Shown in pieces: positions 1 through 11,238 of a DNA stretch of 15,832 nucleotides. The notes under the pieces are model-generated. The model made no database searches, was not told the DNA's origin, and saw only the letters and a list, made by a program, of their open reading frames with translations. Origin of the DNA: a virus. Lineage: Duplodnaviria > Heunggongvirae > Uroviricota > Caudoviricetes. Each line of letters opens with the position of its first letter. Position 1 is the first letter of the stretch. The position numbers and the translations under genes are program-made. Location: the IMG/VR virus record IMGVR_UViG_2734482542_000002, one strand, 5' to 3'.

Positions 1-2
1 GG

Positions 3-212
3 TTATCGCTCGCCACGGGAATATCTGCGGCAGCGGGCTTGTAATGGGTTAAGTGATAACAGATGTCTGGAAATATAGGGGCAAATCCAATCGTCGCCGT
101 ATTCCCGTATTAACAGAGACCGTAGCCCGACGGGGAACTCCTTCTGCGCGAGTGTGCGGGAATAATCAAAAACGATGCACACCGGGGTTACCGGGTACAC
201 ATATTTCATCAT
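3..212 (-). CDS. Hypothetical small ORF (69 aa), coding status doubtful
   Basis: ORF-track entry, co-directional with the moron genes downstream of the 221-249 hairpin. It overlaps a 67-aa ORF on the + strand (53-256); neither has a recognisable motif or convincing RBS. Confidence 0.15.
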   Translation of the reverse strand: MMKYVYPVTPVCIVFDYSRTLAQKEFPVGLRSLLIREYGDDWICPYISRHLLSLNPLQARCRRYSRGER

Positions 213-220
213 GCCAGCGA

Positions 221-249
221 GTCCGGTTCTGGCACGGAAGAAACCGGAC
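221..249. other. Stem-loop (8-bp stem GTCCGGTT/AACCGGAC, 13-nt loop) just downstream of the moron gene stop
   Basis: Perfect inverted repeat read directly from sequence. No clean U-tract follows on the minus strand; a weak T-rich stretch follows on the plus strand. Confidence 0.3.
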
Positions 250-257
250 GTTATGAT

Positions 258-668
258 TTAGTGCGGAAATATTTGTGTAGTGTTCTGTATGTTCTCAGTA
301 AAGAGTAATGAATTATCAAAGGTATAGTAATACCTTTTGTTTTCGTGGATATTTGTAATCCATCTGAAAACCCCTGCTGTAGCAAGATTTTTCCTGTATT
401 CGTAAAATGATAACTCTCCTGATTTGAATCCTTTTAAGGTGGCTTCTATAAGGCATTTATTTTTTGAAAATCTTACATTTACAACCTTACCCTGTCCTTT
501 TATTAAAACCGTATTATCGTTTTCAAGAACAAGATGAATATTCTCTGTGGCTAAATAGTAAATGTAATGTGAGACATTGTGACGTTTTAGTTCAGAATAA
601 AACCAGTGATAGTTTAAATTATTTCGCACTTTATCGAATATTTGTTTAAAAATGGCAACCTGAGCCAT
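258..668 (-). CDS. Hypothetical protein, 136 aa from second Met (141 aa if started at 683); AT-rich moron gene, function unknown
   Basis: Uninterrupted ORF 258-683. The in-frame ATG at 668-666 is preceded on the minus strand by GGAAGG about 7 nt upstream, whereas the ATG at 683 has no purine-rich RBS. Composition is markedly AT-rich versus flanks. The protein is aromatic-rich (YHWFY, HYIYYL, RYYYTF) with no catalytic motif I recognise. Confidence 0.6.
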   Translation of the reverse strand: MAQVAIFKQIFDKVRNNLNYHWFYSELKRHNVSHYIYYLATENIHLVLENDNTVLIKGQGKVVNVRFSKNKCLIEATLKGFKSGELSFYEYRKNLATAGVFRWITNIHENKRYYYTFDNSLLFTENIQNTTQIFPH

Positions 669-725
669 TGTAGTACCTTCCATGTGATATGAGGGGGCGT
701 AGTCTGCACGATTATCTAAATTGCT

Positions 726-959
726 TCAATCTGGTCTAACCTGTTTTCTGAGCAATTCAGTAATGTCACTCTTTTCTTTGTTTGCTTCAGGCGAAACTCT
801 TTTTTCTGAGCACAGTCTCCGGCGGCAGGCTTCAATGACCCAGGCTGAGAAATTCCCGGACCCTTTTTGAACAAGAGCGATGTTAATTTGTTCAATCATT
901 TGGTTAGGAAAGCGGATGTTGCGGGTTGTTGTTCTGCGGGTTCTGTTCTTCGTTGACAT
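726..959 (-). CDS. Small ribbon-helix-helix (Arc/Mnt/CopG-like) DNA-binding protein, 77 aa
   Basis: After a basic N-terminal tail (KNRTRRTTTR), the segment NIRFPNQMIEQINIALVQKGSGNFSAWVIEACRRRL has the beta-strand/helix/helix pattern of Arc and Mnt (compare Arc FNLRWPREVLDLVRKVAEENGRSVNSEIYQRV). It lies directly upstream of, and co-directional with, the 136-aa gene. Confidence 0.6.
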   Translation of the reverse strand: MSTKNRTRRTTTRNIRFPNQMIEQINIALVQKGSGNFSAWVIEACRRRLCSEKRVSPEANKEKSDITELLRKQVRPD

Positions 960-1070
960 GAGGTTGCCCTGTATTCAGTGTCGCTGATTTGTATTGTCTG
1001 AAGTTGTTTTTACGTTAAGTTGATGCAGATCAATTAATACGATACCTGCGTCATAATTGATTATTTGACG
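960..1070 (-). promoter_or_regulatory. Putative promoter/operator region for the minus-strand moron operon
   Basis: Intergenic AT-rich stretch between the RHH gene start (959) and the lambda-homologous cos flank. Contains inverted repeat ATCAATTA-N17-TAATTGAT (1029-1061) and direct repeats TGTATT at 970-975 and 990-995. No sigma70 -35/-10 hexamers confidently assigned. Confidence 0.3.
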
Positions 1071-1158
1071 TGGTTTGATGGCGTAGATGCACGTTGTGAC
1101 ATGTAGATGATAATTATTATCATTTTGCGGGTCCTTTCCGGCGATCCGACAGGTTACG

Positions 1159-1170
1159 GGGCGGAAGGCG
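1159..1170. other. cosN: cosN cohesive-end site, variant 12-mer GGGCGGAAGGCG
   Basis: Flanks (GATCCGACAGGTTACG on the left, CGCGGGTTTTCGCTATTTATGA on the right) match lambda cos. The 12-mer differs from canonical lambda GGGCGGCGACCT in its last six bases. Confidence 0.75.
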
Positions 1171-1330
1171 CGCGGGTTTTCGCTATTTATGACAATTTTC
1201 CGGTTTAAGGCGTTTCCGTTCTTCTTCGCCGTAACCTAATGTTTTTATTTAAAACACCCCCTGAAAAGAAAGGAAACGACAGGTGCTGAAAACGGGCTTT
1301 TTGGCCTCTGTCGTTTCCTTTCTCTGTTTT
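1171..1330. promoter_or_regulatory. cosB: cosB terminase small-subunit binding region (R3, R2, R1 sites and intervening AT-rich IHF-type segment)
   Basis: R1-like GTCGTTTCCTTTC at 1310-1322 and its exact inverted copy at 1268-1280 (R2-like). An imperfect direct copy CGTTTCCGTTCTTC at 1211-1224 (R3-like). AT-rich segment 1238-1258 between R3 and R2. Arrangement matches lambda cosB. Confidence 0.8.
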
Positions 1331-1347
1331 TGTCCGTGGAATGAACA

Positions 1348-1867
1348 ATGGAAGTCAACAAAAAGCAGCTGGCTGACATTTTCGGTGCGAGTATCCGTAC
1401 CATTCAGAACTGGCAGGAACAGGGAATGCCCGTTCTGCGAGGCGGTGGCAAGGGTAATGAGGTGCTTTATGACTCTGCCGCCGTTATAAGATGGTATGCC
1501 GAAAGGGATGCTGAAATTGAGAACGAAAAGCTGCGCCGGGAAGTTGAAGAACTGCGGCAGGCCAGCGAGACAGATCTCCAGCCAGGGACTATTGAGTACG
1601 AACGCCATCGACTTACGCGTGCGCAGGCCGACGCACAGGAGCTGAAAAATGCCAGAGACTCCGCTGAAGTGGTGGAAACCGCATTCTGTACTTTCGTGCT
1701 GTCGCGGATCGCAGGTGAAATTGCCAGTATTCTCGACGGGATCCCCCTGTCGGTGCAGCGGCGTTTTCCGGAACTGGAAAACCGACATGTTGATTTCCTG
1801 AAACGGGATATCATCAAAGCCATGAACAAAGCAGCCGCGCTGGATGAACTGATACCGGGGTTGCTGA

Positions 1868-1893
<26 letters not shown>
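1348..1893 (+). CDS. nu1: Terminase small subunit gpNu1
   Basis: 181 aa starting MEVNKKQLADIFGASIRTIQNWQEQGMPVLRGGGKGNEV, essentially lambda Nu1. Overlaps A by 26 nt as in lambda. Confidence 0.97.
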
Positions 1894-5574
<3,681 letters not shown>

Positions 5575-5594
<20 letters not shown>

Positions 5595-6627
5595 TCTCCC
5601 GCATATTGCCAGCATGGCTTTTAATGAGCCGCTGATGCTTGAACCCGCCTATGCGCGGGTTTTCTTTTGTGCGCTTGCAGGCCAGCTTGGGATCAGCTGC
5701 CTGACGGATGCAGTATCCGGCGACAGCCTGACTGCCGGAGAGGCACCCGCGGCGCTGGCGTTATCCGGTGATGATGACGGACCACGACAGGCCCGCAGTT
5801 ATCAGGTAATGAACGGCATCGCCGTGCTGCCGGTGTCCGGCACGCTGGTCAGCCGGACGCGGGCGCTGCAGCCGTACTCGGGGATGACCGGTTACAACGG
5901 CATTATCGCCCGTCTGCAACAGGCTGCCAGCGACCCGATGGTGGACGGCATTCTGCTCGATATGGACACACCGGGCGGAATGGTGGCGGGAGCATTTGAC
6001 TGCGCTGACATCATCGCCCGTGTGCGTGACATAAAGCCGGTATGGGCGCTGGCCAATGACATGAACTGCAGCGCAGGTCAGCTGCTTGCCAGTGCCGCCT
6101 CCCGGCGTCTGGTCACGCAGACCGCCCGGACAGGCTCCATCGGCGTCATGATGGCTCACAGTAATTACGGCGCTGCACTGGAGAAACAGGGCGTGGAAAT
6201 CACGCTGATTTACAGCGGCAGCCATAAGGTGGATGGCAACCCCTACAGCCATCTACCGGATGATGTCCGGGAAACATTGCAGTCCCGGATGGATGCAACC
6301 CGCCGGATGTTTGCACAGAAGGTGTCGGCATATACCGGCCTGTCCGTGCAGGCTGTGCTGGATACCGAGGCTGCAGTGTACAGCGGTCAGGAGGCCATTG
6401 ATGCCGGACTGGCTGATGAACTTGTTAACAGTACCGATGCGATCACCGTCATGCGTGATGCACTGGATGCACGTAAATCCCGTCTCTCAGGAGGGCGAAT
6501 GACCAAAGAGACTCAATCAACAACTGTTTCAGCCACTGCTTCGCAGGCTGACGTTACTGGCGTGGTGCAAGCGACGGAGGGCGAGAACGCCAGCGCGGCG
6601 CAGCCGGACGTGAACGCGCAGATCACC
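5575..6627 (+). CDS. C: Head maturation protease / minor capsid protein gpC (S49 ClpP-like family), 3' end lost in assembly gap
   Basis: Begins at GTG 5575 (VTAELRNLPHIASMAFNEPLMLEPAYARVFF matches lambda C N-terminus) and overlaps the B 3' end by 20 nt as in lambda. The frame is open to the N-run at 6628. The ORF-track start at 5440 is an upstream extension inside B. Confidence 0.9.
6289..6627 (+). CDS. nu3: Scaffolding protein gpNu3, in-frame internal start within C, 3' end lost in assembly gap
   Basis: ATG at 6289 (MDATRRMFAQKVSAYTGLSVQ) in the C reading frame corresponds to the lambda Nu3 start under collinearity with lambda coordinates. Confidence 0.7.
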
Positions 6628-6849
6628 NNNNNNNNNNNNNNNNNNNNNNNNNNNNNNNNNNNNNNNNNNNNNNNNNNNNNNNNNNNNNNNNNNNNNNNNN
6701 NNNNNNNNNNNNNNNNNNNNNNNNNNNNNNNNNNNNNNNNNNNNNNNNNNNNNNNNNNNNNNNNNNNNNNNNNNNNNNNNNNNNNNNNNNNNNNNNNNNN
6801 NNNNNNNNNNNNNNNNNNNNNNNNNNNNNNNNNNNNNNNNNNNNNNNNN
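6628..6849. other. Assembly gap (222 N)
   Basis: Run of n characters; removes the C/Nu3 C-terminus and the C-D junction. Confidence 0.99.
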
Positions 6850-6851
6850 TT

Positions 6852-7184
6852 ATGACGAGCAAAGAAACCTTTACCCATTACCAGCCGCTGGGCAATAGTG
6901 ACCCGGCTCATACCGCAACCGCGCCCGGCGGATTGAGTGCGAAAGCGCCTGCAATGACCCCGCTGATGCTGGACACCTCCACCCGTAAGCTGGTTGCGTG
7001 GGATGGCACCACCGACGGTGCTGCCGTTGGCATTCTTGCGGTTGCTGCTGACCAGACCAGCACCACACTGACGTTCTACAAGTCCGGCACGTTCCGTTAT
7101 GAGGATGTGCTCTGGCCGGAGGCTGCCAGCGACGAGACGAAAAAACGGACCGTGTTTGCCGGAACGGCAATCAGCATCGTTTAA
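6852..7184 (+). CDS. D: Head decoration protein gpD
   Basis: 110 aa starting [48 protein letters not shown], matching lambda D. Confidence 0.96.
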   Translation: MTSKETFTHYQPLGNSDPAHTATAPGGLSAKAPAMTPLMLDTSTRKLVAWDGTTDGAAVGILAVAADQTSTTLTFYKSGTFRYEDVLWPEAASDETKKRTVFAGTAISIV

Positions 7185-7204
7185 CTTTACCCTTCATCAC
7201 TAAA

Positions 7205-7226
7205 GGCCGCCTGTGTGGCTTTTTTT
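7205..7226 (+). terminator. D-E intergenic stem-loop followed by T7 tract (terminator-like or mRNA-stabilising hairpin)
   Basis: GCCGC (7206-7210), loop CTGT, GTGGC (7215-7219) with one G-U wobble, then TTTTTTT (7220-7226). A second T7 run lies just before the E start. Confidence 0.3.
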
Positions 7227-7239
7227 ACGGGATTTTTTT

Positions 7240-8265
7240 ATGTCGATGTACACAACCGCCCAGCTGCTGGCGGCAAATGAGCAGAAATTTAAGTTTGATC
7301 CGCTGTTTCTGCGTCTCTTTTTCCGTGAGAGCTATCCCTTCACTACGGAGAAAGTCTATCTCTCACAAATTCCGGGACTGGTAAACATGGCGCTGTACGT
7401 TTCGCCGATTGTTTCCGGTGAGGTTATCCGTTCCCGTGGCGGCTCCACCTCTGAATTTACGCCGGGATATGTCAAACCCAAGCATGAGGTGAATCCGCAG
7501 ATGACCCTGCGTCGCCTGCCGGATGAAGATCCGCAGAATCTGGCGGACCCGGCTTACCGCCGCCGTCGCATCATCATGCAGAACATGCGTGACGAAGAGC
7601 TGGCCATTGCTCAGGTCGAAGAGATGCAGGCAGTTTCTGCCGTGCTCAAGGGCAAATACACCATGACCGGTGAAGCCTTCGATCCGGTTGAGGTGGATAT
7701 GGGCCGCAGTGCGGCGAACAACATCACACAGTCCGGCGTCACGGAGTGGAGCAAGCGTGACAAGTCCACGTATGACCCGACCGACGATATCGAAGCCTAC
7801 GCGCTGAACGCCAGCGGTGTGGTGAATATCATCGTGTTTGACCCGAAAGGCTGGGCGCTGTTCCGTTCCTTCAAAGCCGTCAAGGAGAAGCTGGATACCC
7901 GTCGCGGCTCTCATTCCGAGCTGGAGACAGCGGTAAAAGACCTGGGCAAAGCGGTGTCCTATAAGGGAATGTATGGCGATGTGGCCATCGTCGTGTATTC
8001 CGGACAGTACGTGGAAAACGGCGTCAAAAAGAACTTCCTGCCGGACAACACGATGGTGCTGGGGAACACTCAGGCTCGCGGTCTGCGCACCTATGGCTGC
8101 ATTCAGGATGCGGACGCACAGCGCGAAGGCATTAACGCTTCTGCCCGTTACCCGAAAAACTGGGTGACCACCGGCGATCCGGCGCGTGAGTTCACCATGA
8201 TTCAGTCAGCACCGCTGATGCTGCTGGCTGATCCTGATGAGTTCGTGTCCGTTCAACTGGCGTAA
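7240..8265 (+). CDS. E: Major capsid protein gpE
   Basis: 341 aa from ATG 7240 (MSMYTTAQLLAANEQKFKFDPLFLRLFFRESYPF), matching lambda E. The ORF-track start at 7213 is an upstream extension. Confidence 0.97.
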   Translation: MSMYTTAQLLAANEQKFKFDPLFLRLFFRESYPFTTEKVYLSQIPGLVNMALYVSPIVSGEVIRSRGGSTSEFTPGYVKPKHEVNPQMTLRRLPDEDPQNLADPAYRRRRIIMQNMRDEELAIAQVEEMQAVSAVLKGKYTMTGEAFDPVEVDMGRSAANNITQSGVTEWSKRDKSTYDPTDDIEAYALNASGVVNIIVFDPKGWALFRSFKAVKEKLDTRRGSHSELETAVKDLGKAVSYKGMYGDVAIVVYSGQYVENGVKKNFLPDNTMVLGNTQARGLRTYGCIQDADAQREGINASARYPKNWVTTGDPAREFTMIQSAPLMLLADPDEFVSVQLA

Positions 8266-8306
8266 TCATGGCCCTTCGGGGCCATTTTCTCTCTGTGGAG
8301 GAGTTC

Positions 8307-8705
8307 ATGACGAAAGATGAACTGATTGCCCGTCTTCAGGAGCTGGGTGAGCAATTGAACCGCGATGTCAGTTTGACGGGAACGAAAGAAGAACTGGCGC
8401 TTCGTGTGGCAGAGCTGGAAGAAGAGCTTGATGACACGGATGAAACTGCCGGTCAGGACACCCCTCTCAGCCGGGAAAATGTGCTGACCGGGCATGAAAA
8501 TGAGGTGGTATCAGCGCAGCCGGATACCGTGATTCAGGATACGGCTGAACTGGTCACGGTCGTGGCACTGGTGACGCTGCATACTGATGCACTTCACGCC
8601 ACGCGGGATAAACCTGTGGCATTTGTGCTGCCGGGAACGGCGTTTCGTGTCTCTGCCGGTGTGGCAGCCGAAATGACAGAGCGCGGCCTGGCCAGAATGC
8701 AATAA
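8307..8705 (+). CDS. FI: DNA packaging / head assembly accessory protein gpFI
   Basis: 132 aa from ATG 8307 (MTKDELIARLQELGEQLNRDVSLTGTKEELALRVAELEEELDDTDE), matching lambda FI. The ORF-track start at 8268 is an extension. Confidence 0.93.
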   Translation: MTKDELIARLQELGEQLNRDVSLTGTKEELALRVAELEEELDDTDETAGQDTPLSRENVLTGHENEVVSAQPDTVIQDTAELVTVVALVTLHTDALHATRDKPVAFVLPGTAFRVSAGVAAEMTERGLARMQ

Positions 8706-8716
8706 CGGGAGGCGCT

Positions 8717-9070
8717 GTGGCTGATTTCGATAACCTGTTCGATGCTGCCATTGCCCGCGCCGATGAAACGATACGCGGGTACATGGGAACGTCAGCCACC
8801 ATGACATCCGGTGAGCAGTCAGGTGCGGTGATACGTGGTGTTTTTGATGACCCTGAAAATATCAGCTATGCCGGACAGGGCGTGCGCGTTGAAGGCTCCA
8901 GCCCGTCCCTGTTTGTCCGGACTGATGAGGTGCGGCAGCTGCGGCGTGGAGACACGCTGACCATCGGTGAGGAAAATTTCTGGGTAGATCGGGTTTCGCC
9001 GGATGATGGCGGAAGTTGTCATCTCTGGCTTGGACGGGGCGTACCGCCTGCCGTTAACCGTCGCCGCTGA
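8717..9070 (+). CDS. FII: Head-tail connector protein gpFII
   Basis: 117 aa from GTG 8717 (MADFDNLFDAAIARADETIRGYMGTSAT), matching lambda FII. Confidence 0.94.
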   Translation: MADFDNLFDAAIARADETIRGYMGTSATMTSGEQSGAVIRGVFDDPENISYAGQGVRVEGSSPSLFVRTDEVRQLRRGDTLTIGEENFWVDRVSPDDGGSCHLWLGRGVPPAVNRRR

Positions 9071-9081
9071 AAGGGGGATGT

Positions 9082-9660
9082 ATGGCCATAAAAGGTCTTG
9101 AGCAGGCCGTTGAAAACCTCAGCCGTATCAGCAAAACGGCGGTGCCCGGTGCCGCCGCAATGGCCATTAACCGCGTTGCTTCATCCGCGATATCGCAGTC
9201 TGCGTCACAGGTTGCCCGTGAGACAAAGGTACGCCGGAAACTGGTAAAGGAAAGGGCCAGGCTGAAAAGGGCCACGGTCAAAAATCCGCAGGCCAGAATC
9301 AAAGTTAACCGGGGGGATTTGCCCGTAATCAAGCTGGGTAATGCGCGGGTTGTCCTGTCCCGCCGCAGGCGTCATAAAAAGGGGCAGCGTTCATCCCTGA
9401 AAGGTGGCGGCAGCGTGCTTGTGGTGGGTAACCGTCGTATTCCCGGCGCGTTTATTCAGCAACTGAAAAACGGCCGGTGGCATGTTATGCAGCGTGTGGC
9501 CGGGAAAAACCGTTACCCCATTGATGTGGTGAAAATCCCGATGGCGGTGCCGCTGACCACGGCGTTTAAACAGAATATTGAACGGATACGGCGTGAACGT
9601 CTTCCGAAAGAGCTGGGCTATGCGCTGCAGCATCAACTGAGAATGGTAATAAAGCGATGA
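9082..9660 (+). CDS. Z: Tail completion protein gpZ
   Basis: 192 aa starting MAIKGLEQAVENLSRISKTAVPGAAAMAINRVASSAISQ, matching lambda Z. Confidence 0.95.
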   Translation: MAIKGLEQAVENLSRISKTAVPGAAAMAINRVASSAISQSASQVARETKVRRKLVKERARLKRATVKNPQARIKVNRGDLPVIKLGNARVVLSRRRRHKKGQRSSLKGGGSVLVVGNRRIPGAFIQQLKNGRWHVMQRVAGKNRYPIDVVKIPMAVPLTTAFKQNIERIRRERLPKELGYALQHQLRMVIKR

Positions 9661-10052
9661 AACATACTGAACTCCGTGCAGCCGTACTGGATGCACTGGA
9701 GAAGCATGACACCGGGGCGACGCTTTTTGATGGTCGCCCCGCTGTTTTTGATGAGGAAGATTTTCCGGCAATTGCCGTTTATCTCACCGGCGCTGAATAC
9801 ACGGGCGAAGAGCTGGACAGCGATACCTGGCAGGCGGAGCTGCATATTGAAGTTTTCCTGCCTGCTCAGGTGCCGGATTCAGAGCTGGATTCGTGGATGG
9901 AGTCCCGGATTTATCCTGTGATGAGCGATATCCCGGCACTGTCAGATTTGATCACCAGTATGGTGGCCAGCGGCTATGACTACCGGCGCGACGATGATGC
10001 GGGCCTGTGGAGTTCAGCCGATCTGACTTATGTCATTATCTATGAAATGTGA
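9657..10052 (+). CDS. U: Tail terminator protein gpU
   Basis: 131 aa starting [54 protein letters not shown], matching lambda U. ATGA overlap with Z. Confidence 0.95.
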   Translation: MKHTELRAAVLDALEKHDTGATLFDGRPAVFDEEDFPAIAVYLTGAEYTGEELDSDTWQAELHIEVFLPAQVPDSELDSWMESRIYPVMSDIPALSDLITSMVASGYDYRRDDDAGLWSSADLTYVIIYEM

Positions 10053-10059
10053 GGACGCT

Positions 10060-10800
10060 ATGCCTGTACCAAATCCTACAATGCCGGTGAAAGGTGCCGG
10101 GACCACCCTGTGGGTTTATAAGGGGAGCGGTGACCCTTATGCGAACCCGCTTTCAGACGTTGACTGGTCGCGTCTGGCAAAAGTTAAAGACCTGACGCCC
10201 GGCGAACTGACCGCTGAGTCCTATGACGACAGCTATCTCGATGATGAAGATGCAGACTGGACTGCGACCGGGCAGGGGCAGAAATCTGCCGGAGATACCA
10301 GCTTCACGCTGGCGTGGATGCCCGGAGAGCAGGGGCAGCAGGCGCTGCTGGCGTGGTTTAATGAAGGTGATACCCGTGCCTATAAAATCCGCTTCCCGAA
10401 CGGCACGGTCGATGTGTTCCGTGGCTGGGTCAGCAGTATCGGTAAGGCGGTGACGGCGAAGGAGGTGATTACCCGCACGGTGAAGGTCACCAATGTGGGA
10501 CGTCCGTCGATGGCAGAAGATCGCAGCACGGTGACGGCGACGACCGGCATGACGGTGACACCCGCCAGTGCTTCCGTAGTGAAAGGGCAGAGCACCACGC
10601 TGACCGTGGCATTCCAGCCGGATGGCGCAACCGACAAGAGCTTCCGTGCGGTGTCTGCGGATAAAACAAAAGCCACCGTGTCGGTCAGTGGTATGACCAT
10701 CACCGTGAAAGGTGTTGCTGCAGGCAAGGTCAACATTCCGGTCGTATCTGGTAATGGTGAGTTTGCTGCGGTTGCAGAAATCAACGTCACCGCCAGTTAA
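10060..10800 (+). CDS. V: Major tail tube protein gpV (with C-terminal Ig-like domain)
   Basis: 246 aa from ATG 10060 ([31 protein letters not shown]), matching lambda V. The ORF-track start at 10030 is an extension. Confidence 0.96.
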   Translation: MPVPNPTMPVKGAGTTLWVYKGSGDPYANPLSDVDWSRLAKVKDLTPGELTAESYDDSYLDDEDADWTATGQGQKSAGDTSFTLAWMPGEQGQQALLAWFNEGDTRAYKIRFPNGTVDVFRGWVSSIGKAVTAKEVITRTVKVTNVGRPSMAEDRSTVTATTGMTVTPASASVVKGQSTTLTVAFQPDGATDKSFRAVSADKTKATVSVSGMTITVKGVAAGKVNIPVVSGNGEFAAVAEINVTAS

Positions 10801-10815
10801 TCCGGAGAGTCAGCG

Positions 10816-11238
10816 ATGTTCCTGAAAACCGAATCATTTGAACATAACGGTGTGACCGTCACGCTTTCTGAACTGTCAGCCCTGCAGCGTATTGAGCATC
10901 TCGACCTGATGAAACGGCAGGCAGAACAGGCGGAGTCAGACAGCAACCGGAAGTTTACTGTGGAAGACGCCATCAGAACCGGCGCTTTTGTGGTTGCGAT
11001 GTCCCTGTGGCATAACCATCCGAAGAAGACGCAGATGCCGTCCATGAATGAAGCCGTTAAACAGATTGAGCAGGAAGTGCTTACCACCTGGCCCACAGAG
11101 GCAATTTCTCATGCTGAAAACGTGGTGTACCGGCTGTCCGGTATGTATGAGTTTGTGGTGAATGATGCTCCTGAACAGGCAGAGGACGCCGGGCCTGCAG
11201 AGCCTGTTTCTGCGGGAAAGTGTTCGACGGTGAGCTGA
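10816..11238 (+). CDS. G: Tail assembly chaperone gpG
   Basis: 140 aa starting MFLKTESFEHNGVTVTLSELSALQRIEHLDLMKRQAEQAESD, matching lambda G. Confidence 0.95.
   Translation: MFLKTESFEHNGVTVTLSELSALQRIEHLDLMKRQAEQAESDSNRKFTVEDAIRTGAFVVAMSLWHNHPKKTQMPSMNEAVKQIEQEVLTTWPTEAISHAENVVYRLSGMYEFVVNDAPEQAEDAGPAEPVSAGKCSTVS

Noticed and set aside
464-649. 61-aa plus-strand ORF
   Set aside because: Antisense to the AT-rich moron gene; AT-rich sequence readily gives short spurious ORFs.
258-683. Assignment of the 136-141 aa protein to a known toxin fold (PIN/VapC, RelE/HigB, Doc/Fic)
   Set aside because: No N-terminal acidic PIN signature, no HxFx(D/N)GNGR Fic/Doc motif (IHENKR lacks the Gly), and it is too long and aromatic for RelE-like toxins. 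Function left open rather than forced.
1249-1788. 179-aa minus-strand ORF and 68-aa plus-strand ORF (1283-1489) across cosB and nu1
   Set aside because: Overlap the cosB binding sites and lie antisense or out of frame to Nu1.
5761-6252. 163-aa minus-strand ORF
   Set aside because: Antisense to gpC; no motif and no RBS context.
6513-6911. Minus-strand ORFs containing long X runs (6513-6911, 6623-6862), and likewise 14816-15583, 14973-15446, 15085-15705
   Set aside because: Artefacts of translating through assembly-gap N-runs.
7363-7914. 183-aa minus-strand ORF
   Set aside because: Antisense to the major capsid gene E.
7213-8265. Longer start codons offered by the ORF track for E (7213), FI (8268) and V (10030)
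   Set aside because: The lambda N-termini (MSMYTT, MTKDEL, MPVPNP) begin at internal ATGs 7240, 8307 and 10060; the upstream extensions overlap preceding genes or intergenic hairpins.
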